Shown here piece by piece: positions 8,364 to 17,892 of a stretch of 28,500 nt of DNA (its first letter is position 1; every line of letters begins with the position of its first letter). The notes under the pieces are model-generated. The model saw nothing but the letters and a program-made list of their open reading frames with translations. It was not told the DNA's origin and did not search any database. Position numbers and translations under genes: made by a program. The DNA comes from an uncultured Lachnospiraceae bacterium (GTDB lineage Bacteria > Bacillota > Clostridia > Lachnospirales > Lachnospiraceae): the NCBI GenBank assembly GCA_902783095.1, contig CACZPX010000271.1:1-28500 (forward strand). Direction: 5' to 3'.

Positions 8364-9041
8364 TCAGATGATATTTCCCAGCGACAGCGCGCCGTTGTAA
8401 AACAGGCTCAGGAACGGATTGCCCGACATGGCCTGCACGGCCTCCTGCCCGATATCCGTGTAGGAGAACACGGTGATGACGTAACACAGGATCCACACCA
8501 GGATCAGCCCGCGCACCAGCCCCAGCACGATACCGAAGATCTTGTTGACGCCGCTTACGAGCGGCACCTTGCCGACAAGACCGGTCAGAAGCAGGATCAG
8601 CTTCAGCACCACAAAGGACAGGATGAGCGTCACCAGGATGCCCAGCGCCTGGGTCACCTTGGTGGCCATATACATGGACGCGTTGTGCAGATATTCCTCC
8701 GGCAGGATGCGGTCGGAGATCCTGTCGTTAAAGCTCTGCAGCAGCAGGGAGGGGATGAAGCTGTCCTCCAGCACCTCCTTGAATTCCTCCGTGGTCTTCG
8801 CCTGCGCCTCGTCCACCATGTCCGTCAGTTTACCGTCAATGCTTTCGTACACCGACTGGCGAAACCCGGTCTTCCGCGTGATAAAGTCCGTGACGAGCGG
8901 GCTTAAAACGACCACCAGCGCCACGCTGATCAGCAGCGAGGACATCCCCACGACCGTGCGCAGGAATCCTTTCTGAAACCCGATCAGCGCCGACAGCGCC
9001 AGCATTCCGATCACGATGATCAGCAGTATGATCTCCATCAT
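8364..9041 (-). CDS. cvpA: CvpA family membrane protein
   Basis: N-term GFQKGFLRTVVG and C-term VNKIFGIVLGLVRG typical of CvpA; start overlaps upstream stop (ATGATG). Confidence 0.8.
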   Translation of the reverse strand: MMEIILLIIVIGMLALSALIGFQKGFLRTVVGMSSLLISVALVVVLSPLVTDFITRKTGFRQSVYESIDGKLTDMVDEAQAKTTEEFKEVLEDSFIPSLLLQSFNDRISDRILPEEYLHNASMYMATKVTQALGILVTLILSFVVLKLILLLTGLVGKVPLVSGVNKIFGIVLGLVRGLILVWILCYVITVFSYTDIGQEAVQAMSGNPFLSLFYNGALSLGNII

Positions 9042-11254
9042 TCGCCCTGCTTAAAGATGTCGTCCAGGTCCAGGTCCGCGTCGGGGAACTCCTCTTTGAG
9101 CTCCTCCAGACCGTGGCTCGTGAGCGCCTCCAGCGTGACCTTTCCGGGCTCCGCCGGCGCGGCGTCCCGCGCAAAGGGATTGTCCTCTTCCGTGGCGGGC
9201 GCGGCAGTCTCCTCAAAACCGGCGGGCAGCGTCTCCTTTTCCGCCGGCATGTCCGTGCCGGGCAGGGTCAGCTGTTCTCCGTATACGATCCGGTCCTCCG
9301 CGCCGCGGCCGACCGGCGTCTCCAGCGCGGCCTGCAGGGTGGCGTCCTCCAGCACGGGTTCCTCCATGACCGGCAGATCCGCCGTCTGCAGCGCTTCCTG
9401 CGCCACCGGCTTTTCGTAGGCGGTCAGATCGTCCTCCGCCTCCGGCTCGTTTAAGGCGGCGTCCTCATCCAGGGGAGCCGTCACTTCCAGCGCGTTCGTC
9501 TCCTCCGCCGCCGAAGGATCCACCGGCAGGGCGGCCTCCTCGTTGATCTGCGCGGGGTCCTCATAGACCTCCGGCAGGCGGCCGGTCTCCGAAAGGACCG
9601 CGGGCTGCGGGGCCTCGTCGGCTGCCTGCTGCGGCGCGGCTTCCGTCCGGGCGGGCGCCGGCGCTTCCGGTGCAGCCGGGACAGGCTCGGGCTCAGCGGC
9701 CTCCTGCACCGCAAATGCGGGCGCTTCCTGCACGGCTTCCTCCGCCGCGGGCGCTTCCGGCGCGGGCTGTTCGGGCTTTGCCGTCTGTGCGGGCGCTCCC
9801 ATGCCCATGCGGGCCTTCAGTCTGTCAATGCCCATGCCGCTGTCTGCCAGCACAAAGAACTTGCGGCGGTCCATATGCTCGGAGGCGCGCACCAGTTCGC
9901 CCAGCAGTTCCTCTTCCAGGCTGTTGGCGCCCAGTATGATCAGGTCCTTGCCCTCAATGCCGGGCAGAGAGTGGATCAGTCCCTTTTCGTTCAGTTTCGA
10001 GGCGGAGATGCGGGTCACCTTGCCCACGGCGGTCTTCTCCGCCTGATGGGCGGCGGCCAGCTGCTCCACGGCAGCCTTTAAGCCCTCCGCCGGCGTCTCC
10101 GCGGCGGCAAACAGGATGTGCGGCACGCGGCCGGGCACTTCACTGTCGAAATCCAGTTCCATCTGGTCGTATTCGCCCTCCGGCTGCTGTGCCGGACGCT
10201 GCCAGCGCGCAGGCGTCTCGTTGTTGAACACGCGCGCGCGGATGTCCTCGATGCTGATGCGCTGCGTGGGCGGCACACTTTTGCCGCTCTGCTGCGGCTG
10301 CGCGTCTACGCGGCGGGTGGGCCGGTAGATCTTAACGTCGTCCTGTTCCGCCTCCGGCTGCGTCTCCTCTTCCGTCTCCTCCGGGAAGAAGGCGCCCTCG
10401 TCCGCAAATTTTACGTACGGCTCGCCCTTGGCGCCGTTGATGATGATCTTGGGCAGCTCCTCCGGATGCTCCGGGAGCGCCTTTTCCTGCGGTACCTCCG
10501 GCTGCGGCGCGGGGGCTCCCTCCTCCGGTCCGCCCGGCAGGATCCGCGCGATGGCGGCCTCCGCGGCCTCTTCCCCCGAAAGCTCCAGTTCGGGCTCCCG
10601 CTTCTTTTCGGGCACGGGCGCGGGCTTTACCGGCTGCGGCCGCTGCTCGCGGCGCACGCGGTAGTCCTCCACCGGCTCGCTCTGCGGTACGAACTTGGCC
10701 TTTAAGTCGATGGCCTTGTCCACGTAAGGGCCCACGCCGAACCACAGGATGATCTCGTCGCACAGGGCTACGCACTTCTGCGGCTGTCTGGCCTTGGCGT
10801 ACAGCAGCGCCAGTCGGTAGGACCACTCCTCGTCAAACTCGGTGCGCTTGTAGGCCTCCAGGATGGTGATGCGCTTGTCCAGCGATTCGCCCTTGGCCTC
10901 CGCGATCTTGTAGCGCAGGATATAGCGGGAGTTGTCGTCCGATGCCTCCTGCAGATAGCTGCGGTAATAGTTCTCCGCGTCCCGGATCTTGCCGCAGGCC
11001 AGCGACAGCTCCGTCAGCTTGTACAAATAGCGGCGGCCGGCCGGGGCCTCCTCATAGGCCATCAGCAGGATGTCGATCGCCGTATCGTACTGCTGCACGT
11101 GCTCGTACACGCTGGAGACGAGCGAGAGCATGCGCACGCTGCGCACCATCGACCAGTCGATGGTATTGCAGATCTTGGCCGCCGTCTCGTAATCCCCCTG
11201 CTTGACCAGCCGCTGGATCTTCTCCGCCTTCATGTTATAGACACTTTTATCCAT
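9038..11254 (-). CDS. Tetratricopeptide-repeat protein with long acidic Pro/Ala/Glu-rich regions
   Basis: N-terminal ~185 aa of TPR-like helices (AIDILLMAYE, AENYYRSY, LALLYAKA); low-complexity linkers. Confidence 0.75.
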   Translation of the reverse strand: MDKSVYNMKAEKIQRLVKQGDYETAAKICNTIDWSMVRSVRMLSLVSSVYEHVQQYDTAIDILLMAYEEAPAGRRYLYKLTELSLACGKIRDAENYYRSYLQEASDDNSRYILRYKIAEAKGESLDKRITILEAYKRTEFDEEWSYRLALLYAKARQPQKCVALCDEIILWFGVGPYVDKAIDLKAKFVPQSEPVEDYRVRREQRPQPVKPAPVPEKKREPELELSGEEAAEAAIARILPGGPEEGAPAPQPEVPQEKALPEHPEELPKIIINGAKGEPYVKFADEGAFFPEETEEETQPEAEQDDVKIYRPTRRVDAQPQQSGKSVPPTQRISIEDIRARVFNNETPARWQRPAQQPEGEYDQMELDFDSEVPGRVPHILFAAAETPAEGLKAAVEQLAAAHQAEKTAVGKVTRISASKLNEKGLIHSLPGIEGKDLIILGANSLEEELLGELVRASEHMDRRKFFVLADSGMGIDRLKARMGMGAPAQTAKPEQPAPEAPAAEEAVQEAPAFAVQEAAEPEPVPAAPEAPAPARTEAAPQQAADEAPQPAVLSETGRLPEVYEDPAQINEEAALPVDPSAAEETNALEVTAPLDEDAALNEPEAEDDLTAYEKPVAQEALQTADLPVMEEPVLEDATLQAALETPVGRGAEDRIVYGEQLTLPGTDMPAEKETLPAGFEETAAPATEEDNPFARDAAPAEPGKVTLEALTSHGLEELKEEFPDADLDLDDIFKQGE

Positions 11255-11314
11255 CTTTCATTCCTCCGTGCCGGGCCGCATTGCGCGGCAGTCAGAGCCG
11301 CAGTCTGTCACGGT

Positions 11315-11914
11315 CTATAATTCCACCCGTCCCTTCAGCGCGCGGGACAGGGTCACTTCGTCCACGTATTCCAGGTCGCCGCCCACGGGCACGCCGCTCG
11401 CGATGCGGCTCACCCTGATGCCGGTCGGCTTTACCAGCTTGCTGATGTACATGGCCGTGGTCTCCCCCTCCAGGCTGGAGTTGGTCGCGATGATCAGCTC
11501 CTTCACCGGCTCGGTGGAGAGCCGCTGCATCAGTTCCTTCAGCCGGATGTCCGAAGGTCCGATGCCCAGGCTGGGCGAGATCGCGCCGTGCAGCACGTGA
11601 TACGTCCCGCTGTACTGGCCGGTCTTTTCGTAGGCCGCCAGGTCCCGCGGGTTCTCCACGACCATGATGGTGCTCTCATCCCGCGCGCCGCTGCTGCAGA
11701 TGGGACAATAGTCCTTGTCCGTGAGCGTGCAGCACCGCTTGCAGTAGCGGACGTTCTCCCGCGCGGAGACCATCCGCTGTGCCAGCCGCTCCACCGCCTC
11801 TTTGGGCATGTTGATGATGTGGAAGGCCAGCCGCTGCGCGGACTTGCTGCCCACGCCGGGGAGCTTGCCCAGCTCTTCGATGAGATCGCCGATGTGGCCG
11901 CCGTAGTACTCCAT
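11315..11914 (-). CDS. recR: Recombination mediator RecR
   Basis: LPGVGSKSAQRLAFH, C4 zinc finger CKRC...CPIC, Toprim IATNSSLEGETT, GVPVGGDLEYVD. Confidence 0.98.
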   Translation of the reverse strand: MEYYGGHIGDLIEELGKLPGVGSKSAQRLAFHIINMPKEAVERLAQRMVSARENVRYCKRCCTLTDKDYCPICSSGARDESTIMVVENPRDLAAYEKTGQYSGTYHVLHGAISPSLGIGPSDIRLKELMQRLSTEPVKELIIATNSSLEGETTAMYISKLVKPTGIRVSRIASGVPVGGDLEYVDEVTLSRALKGRVEL

Positions 11915-12273
11915 CAGAAGGACAGGCCTCCCAGTCCGCCCATGTTGCCGATGCCGCCGGTGATCCCGTTAAAGGCGGCCTGCGCCTCCTTCTCCACGGT
12001 GCGGAAGGCCTCGTTCACGGCCGCCATCACCAGATCCTGCAGCATTTCAACGTCCTCCGGATCCACCACTTCGGGATCGATCTTCACCGCGGTGATCTCC
12101 TTCTTGCCGGAGATGGTCACTTCCACCGCGCCGCCGCCGGAGGAAACGGTATAGACCTTTTCCTGCAGGGCCTTCTGGGTCTCCTCCATCTGCTGCTGCA
12201 TGCGCTGCGCCTGCTTCATCAGATTGTTCATATTGCCGGGCATTCCGCCGGGAAAACCGCCTCTCTTTGCCAT
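11914..12273 (-). CDS. ybaB: YbaB/EbfC nucleoid-associated protein
   Basis: Start re-called at MAKRGG; MNNLMKQAQRMQ, SGGGAVEV, DVEMLQDLV; conserved position between dnaX and recR. Confidence 0.96.
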   Translation of the reverse strand: MAKRGGFPGGMPGNMNNLMKQAQRMQQQMEETQKALQEKVYTVSSGGGAVEVTISGKKEITAVKIDPEVVDPEDVEMLQDLVMAAVNEAFRTVEKEAQAAFNGITGGIGNMGGLGGLSF

Positions 12274-12345
12274 AACGTCACCTGCTTTCTTTATGTTCGT
12301 GATCGAATGATCGGTATTCTTCTTTTTTTGGGACTGCATCCCGTT

Positions 12346-14043
12346 CTACGACAGCGTCTCCGTGATCTCAAAATGGAAGATGGACCGGATGTCGTCGCCC
12401 GCATCCTCCGCACGGCCGCCGCCCTTATTGGCGCGGAAGTTCACAGCCACGTCCCTGCCGCAGGCCTCCTTTAAAAGGCCGGCCAGCGCCGTTTTTGCGC
12501 CGTAGACCGTGGCCATGTCCATGGAATCCTCGTCCGCAAACGTCACCGTGTAGCTGCCGTCCGGCCCCGGGCTGCCGGCGGAGCCCTTAAAATAGGGACG
12601 CACGCTGCCGTCCAGTCTCGGCACCAGCTGCACCAGGTCCGGAAAGTCCGTGCCCGCCGCCTGCCGCCGTTCGGGGGCCGGCTTCTGCACGGCCGCCTTT
12701 CCGGGAAGTTCCGCGCGGATACCGGGATCCGGTTTTGGCGCCGGCACGTCCTCCGGCCAGTCCGGCCAGGGAGCCTCCTGCGGCAGCGGGATGCGGCCGT
12801 CCGGTTCCGGCATGTCCTGCCCGCCGCCCTGTGGTCTCTGCGCCGCGCCGTATGCGGCGGGGCCGTTTGCCGCGGCCAGCGGGATCACGCCGCCCGCAAG
12901 CTTCTGCTCCAGCGCGGCAAGCCGCTCGTTCACCGCCGTCAGATCCTGTTCGGCCTCCGGCATGGCGGAGCGGATCACGCCCACCTCAAACACCGCCCGC
13001 TTGGATACGGTCTGCCGCATCGTCTCGTGCAGGGCGGAATACTGACGGATCAGGCGCATCAGCATATCGGTCCCCACCGCCGCCGCGTCCTCGGAAAGAC
13101 GCGCCAGATCGTCGTCGGAGACCTCCAGCAGCTCCCGCATTTCGGGCGCCGCCTGTCTTAACAGTACGTCCCGCAGGTACCATACCAGGTCCTGCGTAAA
13201 CTGGGAGAGATCCTTGCCGCTCATGGAGATCTGCTCCGTCAAAAGCAGCAGTCCCGGGACGTCCCGCTGCAGGATCAGCCGCAGAAACCGGGAAAAGATC
13301 TCCGTATCCACCGCTCCCAAAAGCTCCAGCGCGCGGTCAAAGGTGATGGTCTCCGACCCGGCCGCCGCGGTCACCTGGTCCAGCAGGCTCAGCGCGTCGC
13401 GGAAGCCGCCGTCCGCCTTGCGGGCGACGTACTTTAGGGCGCGGTCTTCCACGTCAAAGCCCTCTTCGCCGCACACCAGGCGCAGGCGCTCAAAGATCAC
13501 GTCCGTGCCGATGCGGTGAAAATCGTACTGCTGGCAGCGCGAAAGGATGGTCGCCGGCAGCTTGTGCGGCTCGGTGGTGGCCAGAATGAACACCACGTAC
13601 TCCGGCGGTTCTTCCAGGGATTTTAACAGTGCGTTGAAGGCGGGGGTGGAGAACATGTGCACCTCGTCGATGATGTACACACGGTAGCGGCCCGTGGCCG
13701 GCGGATACTTCATCTCCTCCAAAATCTCGCGGACGTTGTCTACGCCGTTGTTGGACGCCGCGTCGATCTCAAAGACGTTCATGGAGGAGCCGGCCTCGAT
13801 GGCGCGGCAGGAAGCGCAGACGCCGCAGGGCTCTCCGTCCCGCGGATCTTCGCAGTTGATGGCGCGCGCCAGGATGCGCGCCGCCGTGGTCTTTCCGGTG
13901 CCTCTGCTGCCGCAGAAAAGATAGGCATGGCCGATACGCCCGGACCGGACCTGATTTTTAAGGGTGGTCATGATCGGTCCCTGGCCCTTTACGTCATCAA
14001 ACACCTTGGGGCGCCATTTTCTATACAGGGCTGTATAGGCCAT
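12346..14043 (-). CDS. dnaX: DNA polymerase III subunit gamma/tau
   Basis: Start re-called at MAYTALYRKWRP; Walker A GSRGTGKTT, zinc motif, EIDAASN, IIDEVHM, TILSRCQ. Confidence 0.97.
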   Translation of the reverse strand: MAYTALYRKWRPKVFDDVKGQGPIMTTLKNQVRSGRIGHAYLFCGSRGTGKTTAARILARAINCEDPRDGEPCGVCASCRAIEAGSSMNVFEIDAASNNGVDNVREILEEMKYPPATGRYRVYIIDEVHMFSTPAFNALLKSLEEPPEYVVFILATTEPHKLPATILSRCQQYDFHRIGTDVIFERLRLVCGEEGFDVEDRALKYVARKADGGFRDALSLLDQVTAAAGSETITFDRALELLGAVDTEIFSRFLRLILQRDVPGLLLLTEQISMSGKDLSQFTQDLVWYLRDVLLRQAAPEMRELLEVSDDDLARLSEDAAAVGTDMLMRLIRQYSALHETMRQTVSKRAVFEVGVIRSAMPEAEQDLTAVNERLAALEQKLAGGVIPLAAANGPAAYGAAQRPQGGGQDMPEPDGRIPLPQEAPWPDWPEDVPAPKPDPGIRAELPGKAAVQKPAPERRQAAGTDFPDLVQLVPRLDGSVRPYFKGSAGSPGPDGSYTVTFADEDSMDMATVYGAKTALAGLLKEACGRDVAVNFRANKGGGRAEDAGDDIRSIFHFEITETLS

Positions 14044-14067
14044 TGTCTTCTCCGCTATAAAAACATC

Positions 14068-14333
14068 TCCGCGCATCCTGCTTCGACATGCTGCACCACC
14101 CGTTACCTGTCCTGCGGACTCAGCCCAGGCGCCCTCGCGGCACATGGAAGGTTCTGCTTAGTGCTGCTTCGTTCCCGACCTGACACGGTTCACAGATTCC
14201 CATTGCGCAAGACCCAAGCCTCAACACCCGCAAAAACAGGGCTGCGGCAACACAGACAAGCCTCGGCAGGATATCACCCCTGCTGTAGCGGATTGCAGGT
14301 ACAGGGCACCGCTATCTCCCCGGCTGCGCGGAT
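14068..14333 (-). ncRNA. ffs: Large bacterial SRP RNA (scRNA, Alu plus S domains)
   Basis: Alu motif GGGGAGATAGCGGTGCCCTGTACCTGCAATCCGCT; S-domain TCAGGTC-GGGAAC-GAAGCAGC; terminal helix TCCGCGCA/TGCGCGGA; usual position upstream of dnaX. Confidence 0.96.
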
Positions 14334-14363
14334 ACTTTATGACTTAATATTTTTAACTGATTT

Positions 14364-14392
14364 ATGATAGCACGGATCCGCGGATTACGCAA
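14364..14392 (-). promoter_or_regulatory. SigA-type promoter of ffs-dnaX
   Basis: TTGCGT-17-TATCAT on minus strand. Confidence 0.65.
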
Positions 14393-14441
14393 GGTTCGGA
14401 ATGCGCTTCCGCAAAATTTGCGAAACCGCCCGCGAAAAGCC

Positions 14442-14474
14442 AAAAAAGGGGCAGCCGCAAAACGCAGCCGCCCC
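14442..14474 (-). terminator. Terminator after patB
   Basis: Minus strand GGGGCGGCTGC-GTTTT-GCGGCTGCCCC-TTTTTT; pairs only on this strand (two G-U). Confidence 0.8.
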
Positions 14475-14496
14475 GTGTAATACCTTTTTGTCCGTC

Positions 14497-15705
14497 TTAC
14501 ACGAACACGTACTTCTTCATGCGGTCCAGCGCCTCTTCCACGCGGGAAAGCGGCAGGGCCAGGTTCATGCGGAAGTGGCAGGGGCCGTGGAACCCGCGGC
14601 CGTCCTGAACGGCGCAGCCCACGTCCCAGCAGGCCTTCAGCACGTCCTCAATGGTGGTGCCGTGGTCCGCGCACCACTCGGTGCAGTCCACGAACAGCAT
14701 GTAGGTGCCCTCCACGCGGGTGCACTTTACACCCTTGTACTGCTCCAAAAACGCCTTGGTCACGTTCAGGTTGTTGGCCAGCACCGGGATCAGCTCGGAG
14801 AGCCACTCTTCGCCCACCGGGCTGTAGGCGCCGATCAGCGCGTACATGGACAGCACGTTCAGCGAGTTGTAATGGGTGGTGGCCGCCTCCGCGCAGATGC
14901 GGTCGTTCAGCCACTTGTTGTAGATGATGTGATAGCTGCCGATCAGGCCCGCCAGGCTGAAGGTCTTGGACGGAGCGTACAGGGCCACCGTATGCTCCCT
15001 GGCGTAGTCGGACACGGACTGGGTGGGGATGTGCTTGTGGCCGGGCATGATCAGGTCGGACCAGATCTCGTCGGAGATCACGTACACCTGGTACTTCTCA
15101 AACAGGGCCATGGCCTTTTCGATCTCCCAGCGTTCCCACACGCGGCCGGCGGGGTTGTGCGGCGAGCAGAACACGGCGCAGTGAATCTTTTCTTCTACGA
15201 TGCGGCGCTCCATGTCTTCAAAGTCCATGCGGTAGACGCCGTCCTCGTCCTTATAGAGCGGGCTGTGGCTGAAGGTGAAGCCGCCGGAGGCAGCGGCGCC
15301 GGTAAAGCCCACGTACGTCGGAGAATGCACCAGGATCTTCTCGCCCTTGGAGACCAGCACGCGCAGCGCGGACAGGAATCCGCCCAGCACGCCGTTTTCG
15401 TAGCCGATGTTTTCCTTGGTAAGGCCCTTCACGTCATTGTGCTTTGCCTGCCAGTCGATGATCGCCTGGAAGTACTCCTCGCGCGGACGGAAATAACCGA
15501 ACAGCGGATGCTCCAGACGCTTCTGGATCGCCTCCACGATAGAGGGCGCCGCCTTAAAGTTCATGTCCGCGACCCACATCGGGATCACGTCAAAGCCGTC
15601 CTTGGGACCGCCGGGCATAAAGCCGTTCGCCGCGCCCACCTGATCCACTGCCAGGGCGTCGTGTCCCTTGCGCTCGATGATCGAGGTAAAATCATACTTT
15701 CCCAT
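14497..15705 (-). CDS. patB: MalY/PatB family PLP-dependent C-S lyase/aminotransferase
   Basis: IPMWVADMNF, CSPHNPAGRVW, ISDEIWSD, APSKTFSLAGL (PLP Lys), EGTYMLF, RMNLA. Confidence 0.9.
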   Translation of the reverse strand: MGKYDFTSIIERKGHDALAVDQVGAANGFMPGGPKDGFDVIPMWVADMNFKAAPSIVEAIQKRLEHPLFGYFRPREEYFQAIIDWQAKHNDVKGLTKENIGYENGVLGGFLSALRVLVSKGEKILVHSPTYVGFTGAAASGGFTFSHSPLYKDEDGVYRMDFEDMERRIVEEKIHCAVFCSPHNPAGRVWERWEIEKAMALFEKYQVYVISDEIWSDLIMPGHKHIPTQSVSDYAREHTVALYAPSKTFSLAGLIGSYHIIYNKWLNDRICAEAATTHYNSLNVLSMYALIGAYSPVGEEWLSELIPVLANNLNVTKAFLEQYKGVKCTRVEGTYMLFVDCTEWCADHGTTIEDVLKACWDVGCAVQDGRGFHGPCHFRMNLALPLSRVEEALDRMKKYVFV

Positions 15706-15815
15706 GTTTTAAGTCTCCTTCGTCTTATCTGTCGTCAAATCACCGCAGCTTCCGTGCGGAGGGGGTTGATCCGTCCATGAAGGCCGCCGCGCAGGCAGCA
15801 GGCCAAACCTTATAT

Positions 15816-15844
15816 ATTATAGCGGGTCCCGCGGGCAATTGCCA
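15816..15844 (-). promoter_or_regulatory. SigA-type promoter of patB
   Basis: TGGCAA-17-TATAAT on minus strand. Confidence 0.65.
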
Positions 15845-15876
15845 GCCTTTCATACGATTCTTTTTGCCGGGCGAAC

Positions 15877-15985
15877 AGGACAGCGGGAGGACAGCGGGGA
15901 CGGTCCTCAGTGTCATCACGAGGACAGCGGGGACGGTCCTCAGTGTCATCATATGAGGACAGGAAGGACCGTCCCCGTGTCTTCA
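15877..15985. repeat. REP-like cluster 1 (forward, forward, inverted; core GGGGACGGTCCT)
   Basis: AGGACAGCGGGGACGGTCCTCAGTGTCATCA at 15888 and 15921 (33-bp period); inverted unit 15954-15985. Confidence 0.85.
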
Positions 15986-15989
15986 CGCA

Positions 15990-16018
15990 TTGCAAAACCG
16001 CGCCGGCGGTATTATAAT
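15990..16018 (+). promoter_or_regulatory. SigA-type promoter of DUF3881 operon
   Basis: TTGCAA-17-TATAAT. Confidence 0.75.
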
Positions 16019-16058
16019 GGCACCACTTTATAAGGGAACGGATCGGATTACCAGAGAG

Positions 16059-16931
16059 ATGATGCACCAGTACCTGCGAACCATAGGCTTTTCCAAATAC
16101 AACCACGTGCGCGAACTGCGCCCCATCCTCAACAAGATCATCATGGACCCGGAGACCGTGTCCATGGTCCACGACGAGGATGAGATCTACGGCTATTTTT
16201 CCCGCTCGTTCGGCGAGAATTTCGGCCTGCGCCTGTTCGTCACCTATGAGGGCGGCGCGGCCTACAAGGAGGACTATTTCTTCCCCTACGCCGTCACGGA
16301 CGTGGTCTCCTCCCACGCGCAGTGTACGGTGGAAAAGCGCAGCGACCGCACGGCCTATTCCGGCCTCTGCGACGAATCCGCCTTTGGCATCTCGCTGATC
16401 TTCTTTGTGAGCAACGGCATGGCCTACGCCCGCCGCGCCCTGTCCGGCCCTGTGCCCATCGATTACGTGGCGCTCACGGCGCTGTCCATCTCCGGCAAAG
16501 TCCTGCTGCCGTTAAACAAGACGGCGCATGAACGGGAGCTGGCCCACGCCCTGGCCCTGGACCGCGCGCACCTGATCGAGGCGGCCAAGGGCGGCGACGA
16601 GTCCGCCATGGAGAGCCTGGCCATCTCCGACATGAACACGGCCGAGCAGATCTCCGAGCGCATCACGCGCGAAGACGTCTACTCCCTGGTAGACAACACC
16701 TTCATGCCCTTTGGCATGGAGTCCGACAAATACAGCATCATCGCGGACATCCTCTCCGTGCAGGAATTAAAGAACGCCGCCACCAAAGAGACCGTCTACC
16801 GCATGATGGTCGAGTGCGCCGGCGTGCGCATGGGCCTGCTGATCAACAGCGCGGACCTGCTGGGCGTGCCCACGCCCGGCTGCCGCTTTAAGGGCGACGT
16901 GTGGCTGCAGGGCGAGGTGCATTTTTTCTGA
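16059..16931 (+). CDS. DUF3881-family protein
   Basis: Start re-called at MMHQYLRTIGFS; C-terminal ...FKGDVWLQGEVHF. Family recognised from recall only. Confidence 0.7.
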   Translation: MMHQYLRTIGFSKYNHVRELRPILNKIIMDPETVSMVHDEDEIYGYFSRSFGENFGLRLFVTYEGGAAYKEDYFFPYAVTDVVSSHAQCTVEKRSDRTAYSGLCDESAFGISLIFFVSNGMAYARRALSGPVPIDYVALTALSISGKVLLPLNKTAHERELAHALALDRAHLIEAAKGGDESAMESLAISDMNTAEQISERITREDVYSLVDNTFMPFGMESDKYSIIADILSVQELKNAATKETVYRMMVECAGVRMGLLINSADLLGVPTPGCRFKGDVWLQGEVHFF

Positions 16932-16955
16932 TCGTTACGATCACAGGAGGTTGAT

Positions 16956-17792
16956 ATGATCTGTCCACATTGCGGATTTCAGACAGACGGCACGTCCGGC
17001 TACTGCCCCAGATGCGGCAAACCGCTGCAGGCCGGGCCAAACCGCTCCGCCGCGAACGATAACCGGCAGGCTGGCGCACAGGCGGCCAAAAAAACCGCGG
17101 CGACCGGATTGCTGCTCGGCGCGGCGGCCCGGGCAAGAAGGCTTCAGGAGGCCGTGGAGGAGGGGGAGCTGATCGGCGCCCGCACCTACAACGCCGTCAT
17201 GATGGGCGTGCTGCTGTGGGGCATCCTGGTCAACTACCTGCTCTGCCGGTACGTGGGGAACGTGTATCAGTACATCGAACCCATCCCCTTCCTGATCCTG
17301 TACGTGGTGTTCGCCTTTGCCGGCATCATCATCTCCGGCAAGTCCCAGAAACCGGCAGTCAGTTTTCTGGGCTACAACATGGTGGTGGTGCCCTTTGGCC
17401 TGGTGATCTCCACCATGGTGGAAGCCTACGGCGGCATCGACTCCGCCATCGTCACCTACGCCTTCCTGTACACCCTGTTCATCGCGCTGGGCATGACGGC
17501 AGCGGTGGTGGCCTTCCCCGGCGTTTTCTCAAAACTGGGCGGTGCGCTGGGCGGCGTGCTGATCGGCGTGATCCTCTGCGAGCTTCTGCTGCTCATCTTC
17601 CGGGTGGAACAGTCCGTGACCGACTGGGTGGCCGCCGGCCTCTTCTGCCTGTACATCGGCTACGACGTCTACCGCTCCCAGCAGTTCCCCAAAACCGTGG
17701 ACAACGCGGTGGACTGCGCGCTGGACATCTATCTCGATATCGCCAACCTCTTTGTCCGCCTGCTGCAGATCCTGGCTAAAAAAGACGACTGA
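16956..17792 (+). CDS. Zinc-ribbon plus Bax inhibitor-1/YccA-family membrane protein
   Basis: CPHC...CPRC N-term; about 7 hydrophobic segments; C-term YDVY...ALDIYLDIANLF motif; SD AGGAGG. Confidence 0.8.
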   Translation: MICPHCGFQTDGTSGYCPRCGKPLQAGPNRSAANDNRQAGAQAAKKTAATGLLLGAAARARRLQEAVEEGELIGARTYNAVMMGVLLWGILVNYLLCRYVGNVYQYIEPIPFLILYVVFAFAGIIISGKSQKPAVSFLGYNMVVVPFGLVISTMVEAYGGIDSAIVTYAFLYTLFIALGMTAAVVAFPGVFSKLGGALGGVLIGVILCELLLLIFRVEQSVTDWVAAGLFCLYIGYDVYRSQQFPKTVDNAVDCALDIYLDIANLFVRLLQILAKKDD

Positions 17793-17802
17793 GCGCAAAA
17801 CG

Positions 17803-17848
17803 CCCCCGGTATCCATATACGTTCATACGCGGATACCGGGGGTATTTT
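17803..17848. terminator. Terminator between convergent BI-1 and cupin genes
   Basis: CCCCCGGTATCC / GGATACCGGGGG 12-bp stem, followed by TATTTT and preceded by AAAA. Confidence 0.75.
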
Positions 17849-17892
17849 CGTCCCCGCTTTCCTGTCCTTCTTTTTGTAATCCGCTGGTTTCC

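Noticed and set aside
12346-14043. E. coli-type programmed -1 frameshift in dnaX
   Set aside because: No A-AAA-AAG slippery site seen in the coding strand.
14044-14145. N-terminal extension of dnaX given by the ORF track
   Set aside because: Overlaps the SRP RNA; conserved DnaX starts at MAYTALYRKWRP (14043).
2921-15705. Cysteine desulfidase, trxB and patB as one sulfur-metabolism island
   Set aside because: patB is over 10 kb away, across the dnaX core locus, and no shared regulatory motif was found.
15877-15985. Tandem 32-33-bp repeats here and at 22806-22888, 23414-23476 and 27481-27558 as CRISPR arrays
   Set aside because: Spacers are only 0-7 nt or constant, orientations are mixed, there are 2-3 units per locus, and no cas genes are present.
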